DNA of 64,000 nt, taken from positions 61,264-125,263 of the IMG/VR virus record IMGVR_UViG_3300037264_003921. One strand, given 5' to 3'. Source of the DNA: a virus. Made by a program: the position numbers and the translations under genes. Positions 19,598 through 29,765 of the stretch are shown piece after piece. A model generated the notes under the pieces. The model was not told the origin of the DNA and made no database searches. It saw only the letters and a program-made list of their open reading frames with translations. Position 1 is the first letter of the stretch. Every line of letters begins with the position of its first letter.

Positions 19598-20341
19598 TCA
19601 TAGACATTTAATGTATTTGGCCTGCCAGCCATTTTTAGACGTCGCCAAAGCAACATATTTGTCAACTAATGATTCTGGAACGTTATCCTTAATCCATTTT
19701 CTCTCGATCCATTTGAATCCAGCTTTTTTCAAAAACTCTTTTTGCAAATTAAAATCGGCATCGTCAAAATTAGGCTTGCCACTAAACCAGGCTTCAACCT
19801 TACAACGTGGCTCATTCATAATCTTCATAGCATGTTCTAAATTGTGCTTCGCCGCTAACTCACAACATGTTAATGCATCCCATAATGCTCTATGTCTCCT
19901 ACCTGAATCTACGCCATAATCAACAGCAAGGTGTTGTAGTCTTGTTGAATTAACATTACCAACAATCTTTTCATGTGGTAAATCATTTTTAGTGCATATC
20001 CATGGCAACGATAAAAACTCTGGCCACCTCTTTGTTATTAATCCTTTATCATAATCTTTATTATGTGCAACAATAACCACTGGTTTATAATGCTCTACTA
20101 ATTTCCATGGATTAAATTCACAACTATAACCATTATTAGATACGTCACGTTTAATTTTGTGTATAACTTCCGCTTCATTTGACCATTTTGTTGTTTTAAG
20201 AATATCAGAATGCATTGCTACAACCTGACTGTGGGTCGTATCATATACGACCATGCCGATCTCTACTATTTCATCAACATCAATGTTGAGACCAGTGCTC
20301 TCTACGTCAACAGATAAAATAATCATTAACCACAAAGCCAA
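19598..20341 (-). CDS. DEDDh 3'-5' exonuclease (DnaQ/epsilon-like); probable start 20326
   Basis: VDVESTG, VAHN..YD, HRALWD. Confidence 0.88.
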   Translation of the reverse strand: MALWLMIILSVDVESTGLNIDVDEIVEIGMVVYDTTHSQVVAMHSDILKTTKWSNEAEVIHKIKRDVSNNGYSCEFNPWKLVEHYKPVVIVAHNKDYDKGLITKRWPEFLSLPWICTKNDLPHEKIVGNVNSTRLQHLAVDYGVDSGRRHRALWDALTCCELAAKHNLEHAMKIMNEPRCKVEAWFSGKPNFDDADFNLQKEFLKKAGFKWIERKWIKDNVPESLVDKYVALATSKNGWQAKYIKCL

Positions 20342-20351
20342 TTATATCGTT

Positions 20352-20783
20352 TTAATTCCATGGAATTTTCTCCACCCAATGTTGTGGGACCCATAATAAT
20401 GACCCATCATTAAACTCGACACGATAATGCTTGTGGTCTCGTTTAGTTACTCTAGCTGGTTCCATATATTTTACATGTTCTTTATTAATTACTATAATCC
20501 ATGTACCCTCATTGAGTTCTGGGATTTGTGTTTTAAAAACTGGTATTCTATTGACTATCGCCAATTCACTATTTGACAGTCTGGCCCAAAACAAATTTGT
20601 GCATTTTATGCATATGATCGGTACATAGCCAACCTTCTCCCATGAAGAAGATACAGCTTTATTTTGCACATTACAAAATGGACAATTGAAATCGTCTGTT
20701 ATAGACTCATTTGACATCTGGACCCAACGTGTCGACGGCTTTTTCTTTGGCTGGCTCTTGCGTTTTTTGCGTTTCTTGCTCAT
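20352..20783 (-). CDS. Zn-ribbon + SH3-like hypothetical protein
   Basis: CPFC..CIKC; C-terminal YRVEFNDG..LWVP. Confidence 0.6.
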   Translation of the reverse strand: MSKKRKKRKSQPKKKPSTRWVQMSNESITDDFNCPFCNVQNKAVSSSWEKVGYVPIICIKCTNLFWARLSNSELAIVNRIPVFKTQIPELNEGTWIIVINKEHVKYMEPARVTKRDHKHYRVEFNDGSLLWVPQHWVEKIPWN

Positions 20784-21426
20784 TATAAAACCTAATTATA
20801 TTACTAGCTTGGTTTAGATTAACATCAAATCGCATATTTCTATCAGATTTAAATGCTTCAATTGTCTCATATGTCACATTACATGATATCTTTATCGGAG
20901 TAACGATCTTATTACGAACAACAGCAATCGCTTTCTTATGATCCTCCAATCCAACGCCATTCTTCAATGTATATGGATCTAATCTAACCCAATTACATGG
21001 ATATTTCACAATGGCATCAATATGCTGTTCAGATATACCACGGCCATAAGACCCAACTATCCATCTAATTTCAGCAACTGGGTTCACAGATTTTAAAAAT
21101 TCAGAAATTAATCTAACTTCATTGTCAATCTCTTTCCCAGTATGGCCATTTGAATACATTATATCGAATCCATCCGCAGCCAACGCATCCTCAGAAAGAT
21201 CACGCAATTTTTGCATTGCAAAATTCTTGCCATCAGGATAGTCAATAACAGCAATAATTTTATACTTACCACGTTTTGAAACCCTATCAGCGATAAATGG
21301 GGCAACTAAGCTAGGCACAGTAACTATTGCAGGGCAACTGTGTTTAAATACAAATGCGCCAACACGTACTGGATTTACCATTTTATCTAAAGCATTTAAT
21401 TCTAATCGTGTAGTAATTTGCAACAT
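20707..21426 (-). CDS. DeoC (deoxyribose-phosphate aldolase)-like TIM-barrel protein
   Basis: AVIDYPDG, K...ADGFDIM, PIKIS; Schiff-base Lys position appears to be Arg (WVRLD). Confidence 0.55.
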   Translation of the reverse strand: MLQITTRLELNALDKMVNPVRVGAFVFKHSCPAIVTVPSLVAPFIADRVSKRGKYKIIAVIDYPDGKNFAMQKLRDLSEDALAADGFDIMYSNGHTGKEIDNEVRLISEFLKSVNPVAEIRWIVGSYGRGISEQHIDAIVKYPCNWVRLDPYTLKNGVGLEDHKKAIAVVRNKIVTPIKISCNVTYETIEAFKSDRNMRFDVNLNQASNIIRFYNEQETQKTQEPAKEKAVDTLGPDVK

Positions 21427-22001
21427 TTCTTTTCCTTTTCATTTGTAAAACCATCATAACATACTGAAAACCATTTCAATGGGTCCATCTTAATACTGCC
21501 ATTATCCAATTTATCAACATGCCCAATTAATTGATCCCATGTTCTGAAAAACACATGATCCATATCTTGTGGCGTTGAAAACCTCTGTAATACCCATGTT
21601 GATGCAATCCCATCTGGCATACAAAATAAGACTGGTTTATCTATATCAGCTGCTAGATATATCTCTTCGAACGTGCCTGCGGTATACTTAATTGGCATCC
21701 AACATATAATCCAATCAGCAGACGACACCATTTTCAAACAAACTTGACGTAATTCTTTATTTGCATCGAATACATCATTTATTGTTATCCCAACAGGCTC
21801 ACCATTTAGACTTTTACGATATAATTTTGGGTCTACTTTTGAAATATCAGACAACCAACTAGGTTTAACTAATGGATCATATACTTTGACATTATATTTT
21901 AATAAACTACTAGTTATTTGGGTACGCCAATCTTTTGCATGGTCATCATGTTCAACTGGACCTGCTAAATATACTCGCGTGCCACCCAATAAATTCCCCA
22001 T
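21402..22001 (-). CDS. nucleoside 2-deoxyribosyltransferase-like / dNMP N-glycosidase family protein
   Basis: VYLAGP, WR, YDP, ADWII, AGTFEE, KPV. Confidence 0.75.
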   Translation of the reverse strand: MGNLLGGTRVYLAGPVEHDDHAKDWRTQITSSLLKYNVKVYDPLVKPSWLSDISKVDPKLYRKSLNGEPVGITINDVFDANKELRQVCLKMVSSADWIICWMPIKYTAGTFEEIYLAADIDKPVLFCMPDGIASTWVLQRFSTPQDMDHVFFRTWDQLIGHVDKLDNGSIKMDPLKWFSVCYDGFTNEKEKKCCKLLHD

Positions 22002-22030
22002 ACAGCTATTTACGCAGTATAGATACTTAG

Positions 22031-22201
22031 TTATGGCATTTCGTTCTTAGTACTTTCTCCAGGTTTATTCTTCTTTTTAAATCCCTGACCAAGCATAAAC
22101 TTTGGGTACTTTACTTTCTGTTCGTGATGTTGAGTGCCGCCGCCATGTGCCCCTTTGCTACTGTGCTTTGATTTACCAAAATTCACCTTTTTTTCTGCCA
22201 T
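22031..22201 (-). CDS. small basic protein (56 aa, below ORF-track cutoff)
   Basis: Hand translation MAEKKVNFGKSKHSSKG...; GAGGT RBS. Confidence 0.55.
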   Translation of the reverse strand: MAEKKVNFGKSKHSSKGAHGGGTQHHEQKVKYPKFMLGQGFKKKNKPGESTKNEMP

Positions 22202-22209
22202 AATTACCT

Positions 22210-23181
22210 CTATTCTATAGTTTTTAATTCATTCAATATTATATCTACAGCTGTCTTCTGATCAAGTTTGCCAAAATACTCAGCAAACTTATATTTATTA
22301 TATGATGAACAAAAAAATATCTTCTGTCGTTCTTCAGGTGTCAGTACATTTACAGCTGACATATAACTTTCTGCCTCACTATCAAATCGTTTTAGACGTA
22401 CATCATTAGCTACATCTGGGTTTTGTCCATAAAAATGTAACTTACCACTCACAGAACACATATCGACACCAAAGATGTAAATTTTATCATATTGCATCCA
22501 AACAGCTGTTTGAATATTTGCATATGTTGATGATCTACCAACATGATACCCTCTTACTAGATCTCTAGAAAACCCCTTTCCAGATAAACTCTTTATCAAA
22601 ACTTGGTTCTTATGTGGTGCTCGCACAGATGACGCATTTAATGTAGTACCATTATATTTTTCCCATATTTGTTTATTCCTTGTATATTGACTCTGATCGC
22701 AAAATGCCCAATAGCGTGATGGCCATATTCTGCTATCTGGTCTATTAATACACATTATGTCTATTTTCTTGTTATCTTTCAACTTTTCCAATGGCGCTTC
22801 AAGAACAGATGGTCCACATGCTACAATCACTAATATTCTACCACGCCCAATGCCACGCAATCCTTCAATCGCTGCTCTAAATTGCGCTACTCTATTTGAA
22901 TTGAGCCTATTTACACTACTGCTTATTAGACGTGGTTTATGTTCTCTTATTGGGAAGTTTACTCTAACATCTCTCTTTTGCTTAGGCTGCTGTTTGATTA
23001 TTGGTTTCGCAGCTTTAACCAACACTACCTGTGGCACTCTTGGTTGTATAATTTTTTGTTCAATATTTTGAGTCCTATTCGGTTTATTAACTTTAATGTG
23101 GACTCTCTGAATTGGTAGTTTATTCAATGATCTATAATTATGTGCCACAAAATATCTTTGGCATAAATTACAACCAACCAA
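22210..23181 (-). CDS. DUF115/Maf-like glycosyltransferase-fold protein; probable start GTG 23148
   Basis: IVACGPSV, IMCINR, WAFCD, SST..NIQ.A.WM.YDKIYIFGVDM, HFYG. Confidence 0.65.
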   Translation of the reverse strand: MVGCNLCQRYFVAHNYRSLNKLPIQRVHIKVNKPNRTQNIEQKIIQPRVPQVVLVKAAKPIIKQQPKQKRDVRVNFPIREHKPRLISSSVNRLNSNRVAQFRAAIEGLRGIGRGRILVIVACGPSVLEAPLEKLKDNKKIDIMCINRPDSRIWPSRYWAFCDQSQYTRNKQIWEKYNGTTLNASSVRAPHKNQVLIKSLSGKGFSRDLVRGYHVGRSSTYANIQTAVWMQYDKIYIFGVDMCSVSGKLHFYGQNPDVANDVRLKRFDSEAESYMSAVNVLTPEERQKIFFCSSYNKYKFAEYFGKLDQKTAVDIILNELKTIE

Positions 23182-23216
23182 TCACCGTAAGTTGTATAAA
23201 ATAATAGTATTAATAA

Positions 23217-23606
23217 TTAATTTTCATTAACCTCTACAGTATGGTCGCCAACAAGCCTCTTCTTAAGATTAGCTAAAACAACTTTTCTACGTGATTCTTT
23301 ATTCATTTTAGAATATAAATGTCTAAATACCGTAGTAGTCAAAAGATTAAAAACTGGGGCACGACCAGGAGTAAATTTCAACCTCCCATCACTTATTTTG
23401 GCAATTGTAAGAACAAATGCCTCATGGGCAAACTCGTGGTGTTCATCCTCATCGTGTGGATGAAAATGTATAGCAACACCATAGCATATTTTATATATGC
23501 CATCAAGCAAATGTTTCCAAGATTCTTCATTATGGTTATCAAGCCATTTTGTCCAATGCTCTTCAAGCAATTTAGAGTCTACATAGTACTTTTTAATACT
23601 TGCCAT
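23217..23606 (-). CDS. late-transcription sigma factor-like protein (T4 gp55-like)
   Basis: KYYVDSK.L...W, IYKIC.GVA, F.P..APVFNLLTT. Confidence 0.6.
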   Translation of the reverse strand: MASIKKYYVDSKLLEEHWTKWLDNHNEESWKHLLDGIYKICYGVAIHFHPHDEDEHHEFAHEAFVLTIAKISDGRLKFTPGRAPVFNLLTTTVFRHLYSKMNKESRRKVVLANLKKRLVGDHTVEVNEN

Positions 23607-23663
23607 ATCGTTGCTCCTGTGATATTGTAGGCATCTAACTCAAATACATTTATTGGAGGAAAC

Positions 23664-24791
23664 ATGGGCGGACAACTTGCACGGTTATTCTTACGTGGAT
23701 CATTGATGAGTGATACAGCAAAATTGCTAACAAAGAGTGAAATCTCAATGGTTGAATCCTTAATGAAGGAAGCATGGGACGATCCAGCCCTCCAAAGCCA
23801 AAAAATGGAGTTCTGCCTCGCATTAGGTAGAACCATAGGTAATGAATATAAAGACATAGAAGCTGGCAAAGCCGATGCATTAATCACATTTTGGAAAGCA
23901 GCATTACTCGTGCTGTTTCATGAATCGAAACAATGCAAGAATCAATCATGCAAAAAACATCACATCACCACACACATAAAAATAGATAAATGCATTGACT
24001 GTGGTAGCGATCTTATAATTAAATGGTCTCCAAAACCTCAAATTGCAGAAGATCCAATAAAGCGGAAAAAGTTTTTCCAAGCCGTTATGTTTAACTATCT
24101 TCGTCAAATTTTTAGGGAGAATAAACCACCTTCTATGAAAAACATACAAACAGAAGACGGAGCAGCAACTGATGTTGCAACAAAAGTTATTACATCAATT
24201 ATTGACAAACTTAAAAATGTCCAATACACAACAGAAAACACTGACGATGACCACCACATAATTCATTGTGAAACATCACTAATACCACTTAAAACAATAA
24301 AACAAATCGCTGATATAAAATCCGAATTTGAGCAACATGGAGTACAAATAACTGTTGACTGGGCTACAATCGATATTGTGTCGGCTCTTGAGGTTCCACC
24401 TATAATAAGTTATGCGATTATTAATAAAGTATATACTAAATTTACAAGCCTAGATAATAGTGCATCAAACGACTCAGACTATAATTTCAAAGACATATAC
24501 GAGCATAAAGCAATTTCAATAGCCGATGAAAAAACACAACAGGACGAGTCAGACCTCAATGAGTCATTAAGGGTAGTTCGTAGTAGATTGTCAGATGCAG
24601 CACAAAAATTATTTGATGTTATCGTAGACACACCAGATGATTATATCAATAAGTTCAAAACAAGCAAATTACATAAATCGCATTTAGCAGCATATTTTGG
24701 AGTAGACCAGAAAGAAATAGACTCCCTAAAAGAAAGTATCAAACTTCATTGTCTTGCTGTAGATATTGGAACAAATGACGATCATGTATGA
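23664..24791 (+). CDS. hypothetical protein, possibly sigma-like/DNA-binding with Zn ribbon
   Basis: CxxxxC..CxxC insert, FNYLRQ..REN, C-terminal helical HTH-like region. Confidence 0.5.
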   Translation: MGGQLARLFLRGSLMSDTAKLLTKSEISMVESLMKEAWDDPALQSQKMEFCLALGRTIGNEYKDIEAGKADALITFWKAALLVLFHESKQCKNQSCKKHHITTHIKIDKCIDCGSDLIIKWSPKPQIAEDPIKRKKFFQAVMFNYLRQIFRENKPPSMKNIQTEDGAATDVATKVITSIIDKLKNVQYTTENTDDDHHIIHCETSLIPLKTIKQIADIKSEFEQHGVQITVDWATIDIVSALEVPPIISYAIINKVYTKFTSLDNSASNDSDYNFKDIYEHKAISIADEKTQQDESDLNESLRVVRSRLSDAAQKLFDVIVDTPDDYINKFKTSKLHKSHLAAYFGVDQKEIDSLKESIKLHCLAVDIGTNDDHV

Positions 24792-24919
24792 TATAAACAA
24801 TCAGAAAGACGAGCATAAGCTATGCAGGTAACAGATGTTTACATTTCACGCTTGATGTGAGCTAATATTACGGTCTTGGCATATGAAGCAGTCGGTGATA
24901 CGATGAAGAAGGTGAAGCG

Positions 24920-25024
24920 ATGGGAAATATGAAGCGGTGCGAGTGTGGCCGATGGATGCGGATTGTGCATGAGCTGGGCCAATCCTATTGGAAGTGCATC
25001 TGCGGAAAAGTGGAGTCGCTTTAG
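24920..25024 (+). CDS. Zn-ribbon microprotein (34 aa)
   Basis: MGNMKRCECGRWM...YWKCICGK; AGGTGA RBS. Confidence 0.55.
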   Translation: MGNMKRCECGRWMRIVHELGQSYWKCICGKVESL

Positions 25025-25028
25025 GTTT

Positions 25029-25238
25029 GAAAGGTGAACAGGATGAACGACACAGCGAAGCACACGGGTATAAGGTGAGGCCTCTTTGATTCGTCGGAGG
25101 AAAGATGGAAGATAACCTGAAAAAGTGTTGCCCGGAGTGCGGGGGATTCATGATGTTCAACGTGAACTGGTATTGGATTTGCCCCATCGACGGGACGCGA
25201 CTACAGGCTTGATTCGAAAGGTGAACAGGATGGACGAC
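25029..25238 (+). repeat. 17-bp direct repeat GAAAGGTGAACAGGATG (RBS + start) at 25029 and 25216
   Basis: Exact match, extends to 23 bp with one mismatch. Confidence 0.85.
25105..25212 (+). CDS. Zn-ribbon microprotein (35 aa)
   Basis: MEDNLKKCCPECGGFM...WICPIDG; GGAGG RBS. Confidence 0.55.
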   Translation: MEDNLKKCCPECGGFMMFNVNWYWICPIDGTRLQA

Positions 25239-25356
25239 GAAAAGCGCGATGCGATGCAATGGAAGGCGCAGATGCGCCCGATCACCTGTGCCGGAATCAC
25301 GACGGATCTGGACGGGGCGAATGTCAGCCCTACGTGGAAAGACAACGCCTTAAGAG

Positions 25357-25884
25357 TTAATAATTAACCTTACTACGTTCATAATATCCACCAGAGATAC
25401 TAGGCCCAATTCTTCCACTACGTGGAGAAATTGGCATGGACACCTGTGACGTTGGTTGGATTACACCGCTCTTATTTGCAGCCATCACTTTCGTAACAAA
25501 TTCTATGATCTCTGATGGCGATTTTTGCATTGTTGCAACACTAGACGGTGTTGGACCATATATAGATCTTTGGAATTCAGACATATTATTATGCGACGAA
25601 TCACCAAGTGACATTCTGTGTGTTCCAAGAACGAACATATTCCATCCAACAACAACCTGACCAGTAGCAGGATTTAAATCCTTAACATATGGCACAATTT
25701 CAACTTTACTAACTAATTCTGGGACACGAACAGCAACATCCTGCAACATTGGTGCATATATTGGCCGATTAAAATTGTCAAATCCTTTATCTTCAACAAA
25801 ATACCTAGTTAAAGACCTCTTTATTAGTTCTGTATTTAATGCACGCCTAATATTTTCTACAAGATCTCTATCATTTGACAGCAT
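25357..25884 (-). CDS. hypothetical protein
   Basis: 175 aa downstream of SbcC-like gene. Confidence 0.65.
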   Translation of the reverse strand: MLSNDRDLVENIRRALNTELIKRSLTRYFVEDKGFDNFNRPIYAPMLQDVAVRVPELVSKVEIVPYVKDLNPATGQVVVGWNMFVLGTHRMSLGDSSHNNMSEFQRSIYGPTPSSVATMQKSPSEIIEFVTKVMAANKSGVIQPTSQVSMPISPRSGRIGPSISGGYYERSKVNY

Positions 25885-25897
25885 ATAATATATTTTA

Positions 25898-28039
25898 TTA
25901 ACTTACTATTCGTGAAAAGCCATCGATATCTTGCAATACTGTTATCTGATTTGAGAATTGATCCGCCATTTCAGCTTTATGACTTATAACCAATATAGTA
26001 TCGGGCTTATCAGGACGATCACCAGAGAAATCATTATGAATGACATCAACAAATGCCCTAACTCCATGCTGATCAAGACTACCATCTATTTCATCTAAAA
26101 CCATCACATTACACTGCTGGCCATACATCGAGATATATAAATCATATATTGCAAACATTATGGCAAGATCTATCCGTTTTTGCTGCCCACCGGAATGAAA
26201 GTCATAATCCCATTTTGATGTCTCTATAGATAATGTTGATGTAAATCTCAACTGTAAGTCGCATTCAAAAGCATTAAGATAATATTCTATTCGCTGATTG
26301 AGATATCCGACTAATTCCGATATTACAAACATTTTAATTTTATTTCTATCATGATAACTACGTCTAATATATTCATATTGTTTTATTAAATTGTCGAATT
26401 TTGTAATATTTAATAATGTATCACTTAATTTATTTTGTGAATCATTCAAATCACATAGAAATGTTGACTTAATGTCTAAATATGGATTCTGCCTACTACT
26501 TTCTTCGGCAATACGCTCATCTAGGTCTGTAATTGATTTGTGAATTTCAGAATATCGTAAGTGCACCCGCTCGGCATTCATTAATCCAATTTCAACATCA
26601 TCTAGTTTTATCTCTTCACTTAGCTCATGTACTAAATCTAAAATCCGTGAATTAACATCAATAAGTTTAGTCTTATAATCTAATTTTTGTGATATTTTAT
26701 CATCTATGTCGGCAATTTCTAATTTAATGCTATTCTTATCATTAAGTGTTCTAATCGCTTCATCGACAGTCATTGATGGCCTATTAATGATTATATCCTT
26801 TATCATAGCCATAATAGATGCAATTGCTTTGTTGATTTTTTCCAACTTAGAACACAATTCTGGCAGTTTGTCAACATATGGTTTACATAAGTCAGTTGTG
26901 TGTTCATTTGTAATAAGCTGTTGGCACGATGGGCATTTTGTCCCATTCTTGTTATTCCATTCAAATATCGTTTCATTTGTTGATGTAATGTCTTGTTTGA
27001 TCTTACGTTGTTCTAACACAAAAATAGACAATTTGCTGTTCAGGTCATTGTAGAGATTAACTAATCTGTCAGCATTTTTATGTGATTCAACTAATTCATT
27101 AACGTCTACAACTTTGATTGTATCGAATTTAGTCTTATAATTTACTAAAGATCTCTTTAGTCTTTCTATATCTATATTAAGTTGTGTTAATGCGGTGTCA
27201 GCCTTTAATAACTTGATCTTATTGTCTGATAATTTTGTTATTTTTTGTTTATATATTAAATAGTTAGATTTTATCAGTTCTAAATCTGGCAACACAATCG
27301 TCAATGCTTCATCATTGAGCTTCTTTATCTGTGCTTTAAAATGTATGGTCTTATTAGATCTTTCTTGTTCAAATCCTTCAATCTTTTGCTCAGCATGTGA
27401 TGCTTGATCTGTGAGTCTTTTAATGTCATTTTTAAATATATCAGCAACAGCACACAATTTCTGCTGCTCTATTTCTATAGCTGTCCGTTTTTCTTTAGCT
27501 ATATCACCCCACACGTTAAGTCTATTAAGACCAAGCATCCTTTCAAGGGCTGATTTTCTTTTGACATCGCTCATATCTAAAAACGATTGTGTACGTTGCC
27601 CAAAGAACATACTTGATGTAAATATTTCGTAATCAAGATTGAATAATTTATTCAATAATTGTTGTGCATTTTTATTCGTCGATAATGTTATATCCTTACC
27701 ATCTTTATTAATTAATAGATCATCATGTCCGTTTAGATTCCTGGTGCGGGTTATTGTCCATCCATCAGTTGTTGTTATTCGAACATAACATTCTTTTTTA
27801 GTCGTAAAATTTATTACTTTATCGCCTGGTGATGATTTTCTCGGCGTTCTTCCAAAGAGACACCATATTATAGCAATGGTTATCCCTGATTTACCTGTAC
27901 CATTAGACTCATCAGGCCGACCATCTTTACTTCCAATAATCAATACAGGCCCTAAAGATAATAAATCTAATGATGACTCATAGTCGCCATAACTTAAAAA
28001 GTTAGACCATTCTAGTTTATTTATGCGTAATATGGCCAT
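25898..28039 (-). CDS. SbcC/Rad50-like recombination ATPase (gp46)
   Basis: NFLSYG, NGTGKS, CPSC hook, SGGQ..RIDLA, LDE, ISH. Confidence 0.93.
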   Translation of the reverse strand: MAILRINKLEWSNFLSYGDYESSLDLLSLGPVLIIGSKDGRPDESNGTGKSGITIAIIWCLFGRTPRKSSPGDKVINFTTKKECYVRITTTDGWTITRTRNLNGHDDLLINKDGKDITLSTNKNAQQLLNKLFNLDYEIFTSSMFFGQRTQSFLDMSDVKRKSALERMLGLNRLNVWGDIAKEKRTAIEIEQQKLCAVADIFKNDIKRLTDQASHAEQKIEGFEQERSNKTIHFKAQIKKLNDEALTIVLPDLELIKSNYLIYKQKITKLSDNKIKLLKADTALTQLNIDIERLKRSLVNYKTKFDTIKVVDVNELVESHKNADRLVNLYNDLNSKLSIFVLEQRKIKQDITSTNETIFEWNNKNGTKCPSCQQLITNEHTTDLCKPYVDKLPELCSKLEKINKAIASIMAMIKDIIINRPSMTVDEAIRTLNDKNSIKLEIADIDDKISQKLDYKTKLIDVNSRILDLVHELSEEIKLDDVEIGLMNAERVHLRYSEIHKSITDLDERIAEESSRQNPYLDIKSTFLCDLNDSQNKLSDTLLNITKFDNLIKQYEYIRRSYHDRNKIKMFVISELVGYLNQRIEYYLNAFECDLQLRFTSTLSIETSKWDYDFHSGGQQKRIDLAIMFAIYDLYISMYGQQCNVMVLDEIDGSLDQHGVRAFVDVIHNDFSGDRPDKPDTILVISHKAEMADQFSNQITVLQDIDGFSRIVS

Positions 28040-28051
28040 ATTTTAATGCTA

Positions 28052-29146
28052 CTACGACATCTCACCGTCTTGCTCTTCAGTAGATGCTATACGTTCAATA
28101 CCGTCTTCTACTATTTGTTTATTCAGATTTAATACTTCATTCGTATCAATATTTTCTGGCATATCATGTTTTATCCATTGTTCAAATAACACAGATCCAT
28201 CCCCAAGATTTGATTTTGTCACATTTGATATGCTAGTATCTTCTTCTTGTTTGGTCTTCATCCATTTTACTACTTTGGCACCATTCGACAATATTTTATT
28301 GCGTAATTCAGTCAATTCATTACTAGTATAATCTCTAGATAAACATACTCTAATATGATTATCGCGTACATTAATCTTCTCTACATCAGAGTCAACACAC
28401 GTAATATAATCAGGAGCATGCTCCTGATTAGGTAATAATAGTTTACCTACATCAAATGTTTTAATAAACTTGTGGTCCATTGTCTCAGTATCAAATTCAA
28501 TGAACCCATGGTCAACTAACCCTTCATCAAATCTGAATGGTATTGGACTTCCAGTGTACCATGTTTTATCACCAACTTTTTGATGGCAATGAAAATGCCC
28601 AGAATATATCCTATGAAATTTAGTCTGTGAAAAATCAACAACACTCCAATGTTTTAATAAAAAACATTCATTAAGCGATGCTCCAGCTACTCCAATATGC
28701 GTCAATAACACATCTTTATCAGTTGCCTTTGACTCTATCGCCTTCACAACTTCCATATATGCAGATTCATAATGAACAAATGGCAATATCCAAAATTTAA
28801 CACCACCATATTGAAGAGCTTTCACATCCTCTATTATTGTTACAACTCTACTAAGTGGTCTAACAGAATTAACTTCCCATGAGTTCTTAAGATACATATC
28901 ATGGTTGCCAGGAAAGACTGCCCATTCTTGATTATAATTTTTTTCAGTGTCATCAAAAAAGTCATATGCAGTTGTCAACACCTGAATATTCAGGCTAGTC
29001 CTATCATGAAACAAATCACCAAGGACTATGACAACACCAATATCATTTTTAGATGCATATTCTCTTATGACTTTAGATGCCCACAACGAATGTTCTAATT
29101 TATTCGGGACACCAAAATGAATATCAGATGTAAGAATTAAACGCAT
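28052..29146 (-). CDS. SbcD/Mre11-like nuclease (gp47)
   Basis: SDIHFG, GDLFHDR, GNHD, SGHFH, YTGSP. Confidence 0.93.
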   Translation of the reverse strand: MRLILTSDIHFGVPNKLEHSLWASKVIREYASKNDIGVVIVLGDLFHDRTSLNIQVLTTAYDFFDDTEKNYNQEWAVFPGNHDMYLKNSWEVNSVRPLSRVVTIIEDVKALQYGGVKFWILPFVHYESAYMEVVKAIESKATDKDVLLTHIGVAGASLNECFLLKHWSVVDFSQTKFHRIYSGHFHCHQKVGDKTWYTGSPIPFRFDEGLVDHGFIEFDTETMDHKFIKTFDVGKLLLPNQEHAPDYITCVDSDVEKINVRDNHIRVCLSRDYTSNELTELRNKILSNGAKVVKWMKTKQEEDTSISNVTKSNLGDGSVLFEQWIKHDMPENIDTNEVLNLNKQIVEDGIERIASTEEQDGEMS

Positions 29147-29171
29147 TTATTAATGAAATACTGCAACAACA

Positions 29172-29765
29172 TTATTTATACTTGCCTTCTCTAAACCATT
29201 TTGTTGCAGCCCACTTTTCGCCGCTTTTAACTGGTAGCGATGCGTGCATCATATTTCTATCTATAATCCCATTAATCGAATTTCTGAATAGTATTGCTAG
29301 TCCAGTTTGTGGTGAAATTTTTATGCCAAGTTTTGAAAACAATAATTCGCCACCATCGTCAACATTATTCAGATACATACTTACAGTAAATGTACGCTGA
29401 CCTCCCCTGCTTAATGATTTTAAAGAACTTTTAAACATAGGATCAAACCAATCATAATGTTGTTTATATTCCTCACCAGATCCATATTTTAATATTTGGA
29501 TGCCCTCACTATTATCGATTGGCATTTTGATCATAGATGATATCCTATCCTCTATTGACGATATAATATCATCAAATCCATTATTAAAAAATGCAGCACT
29601 GCTACTTCTATAATCAGTTATTATACCATCCCCAGTTGCATAATCAACAACTGATGATTTTACCAATTTCGTGCGTGCTAGATTTATTAAATGGGTGCAT
29701 TCTTCATTGCTTAAGAATTTTTTTATAGTCCATATATTAGCATATTGTGTTACACGTTCTATCAT
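29172..29765 (-). CDS. 2OG-Fe(II) oxygenase, prolyl 4-hydroxylase-like
   Basis: FLSNEEC, E.IQILKY, HYD, T...YLN.V..GGE..F, HASLPV..GEKW. Confidence 0.9.
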   Translation of the reverse strand: MIERVTQYANIWTIKKFLSNEECTHLINLARTKLVKSSVVDYATGDGIITDYRSSSAAFFNNGFDDIISSIEDRISSMIKMPIDNSEGIQILKYGSGEEYKQHYDWFDPMFKSSLKSLSRGGQRTFTVSMYLNNVDDGGELLFSKLGIKISPQTGLAILFRNSINGIIDRNMMHASLPVKSGEKWAATKWFREGKYK

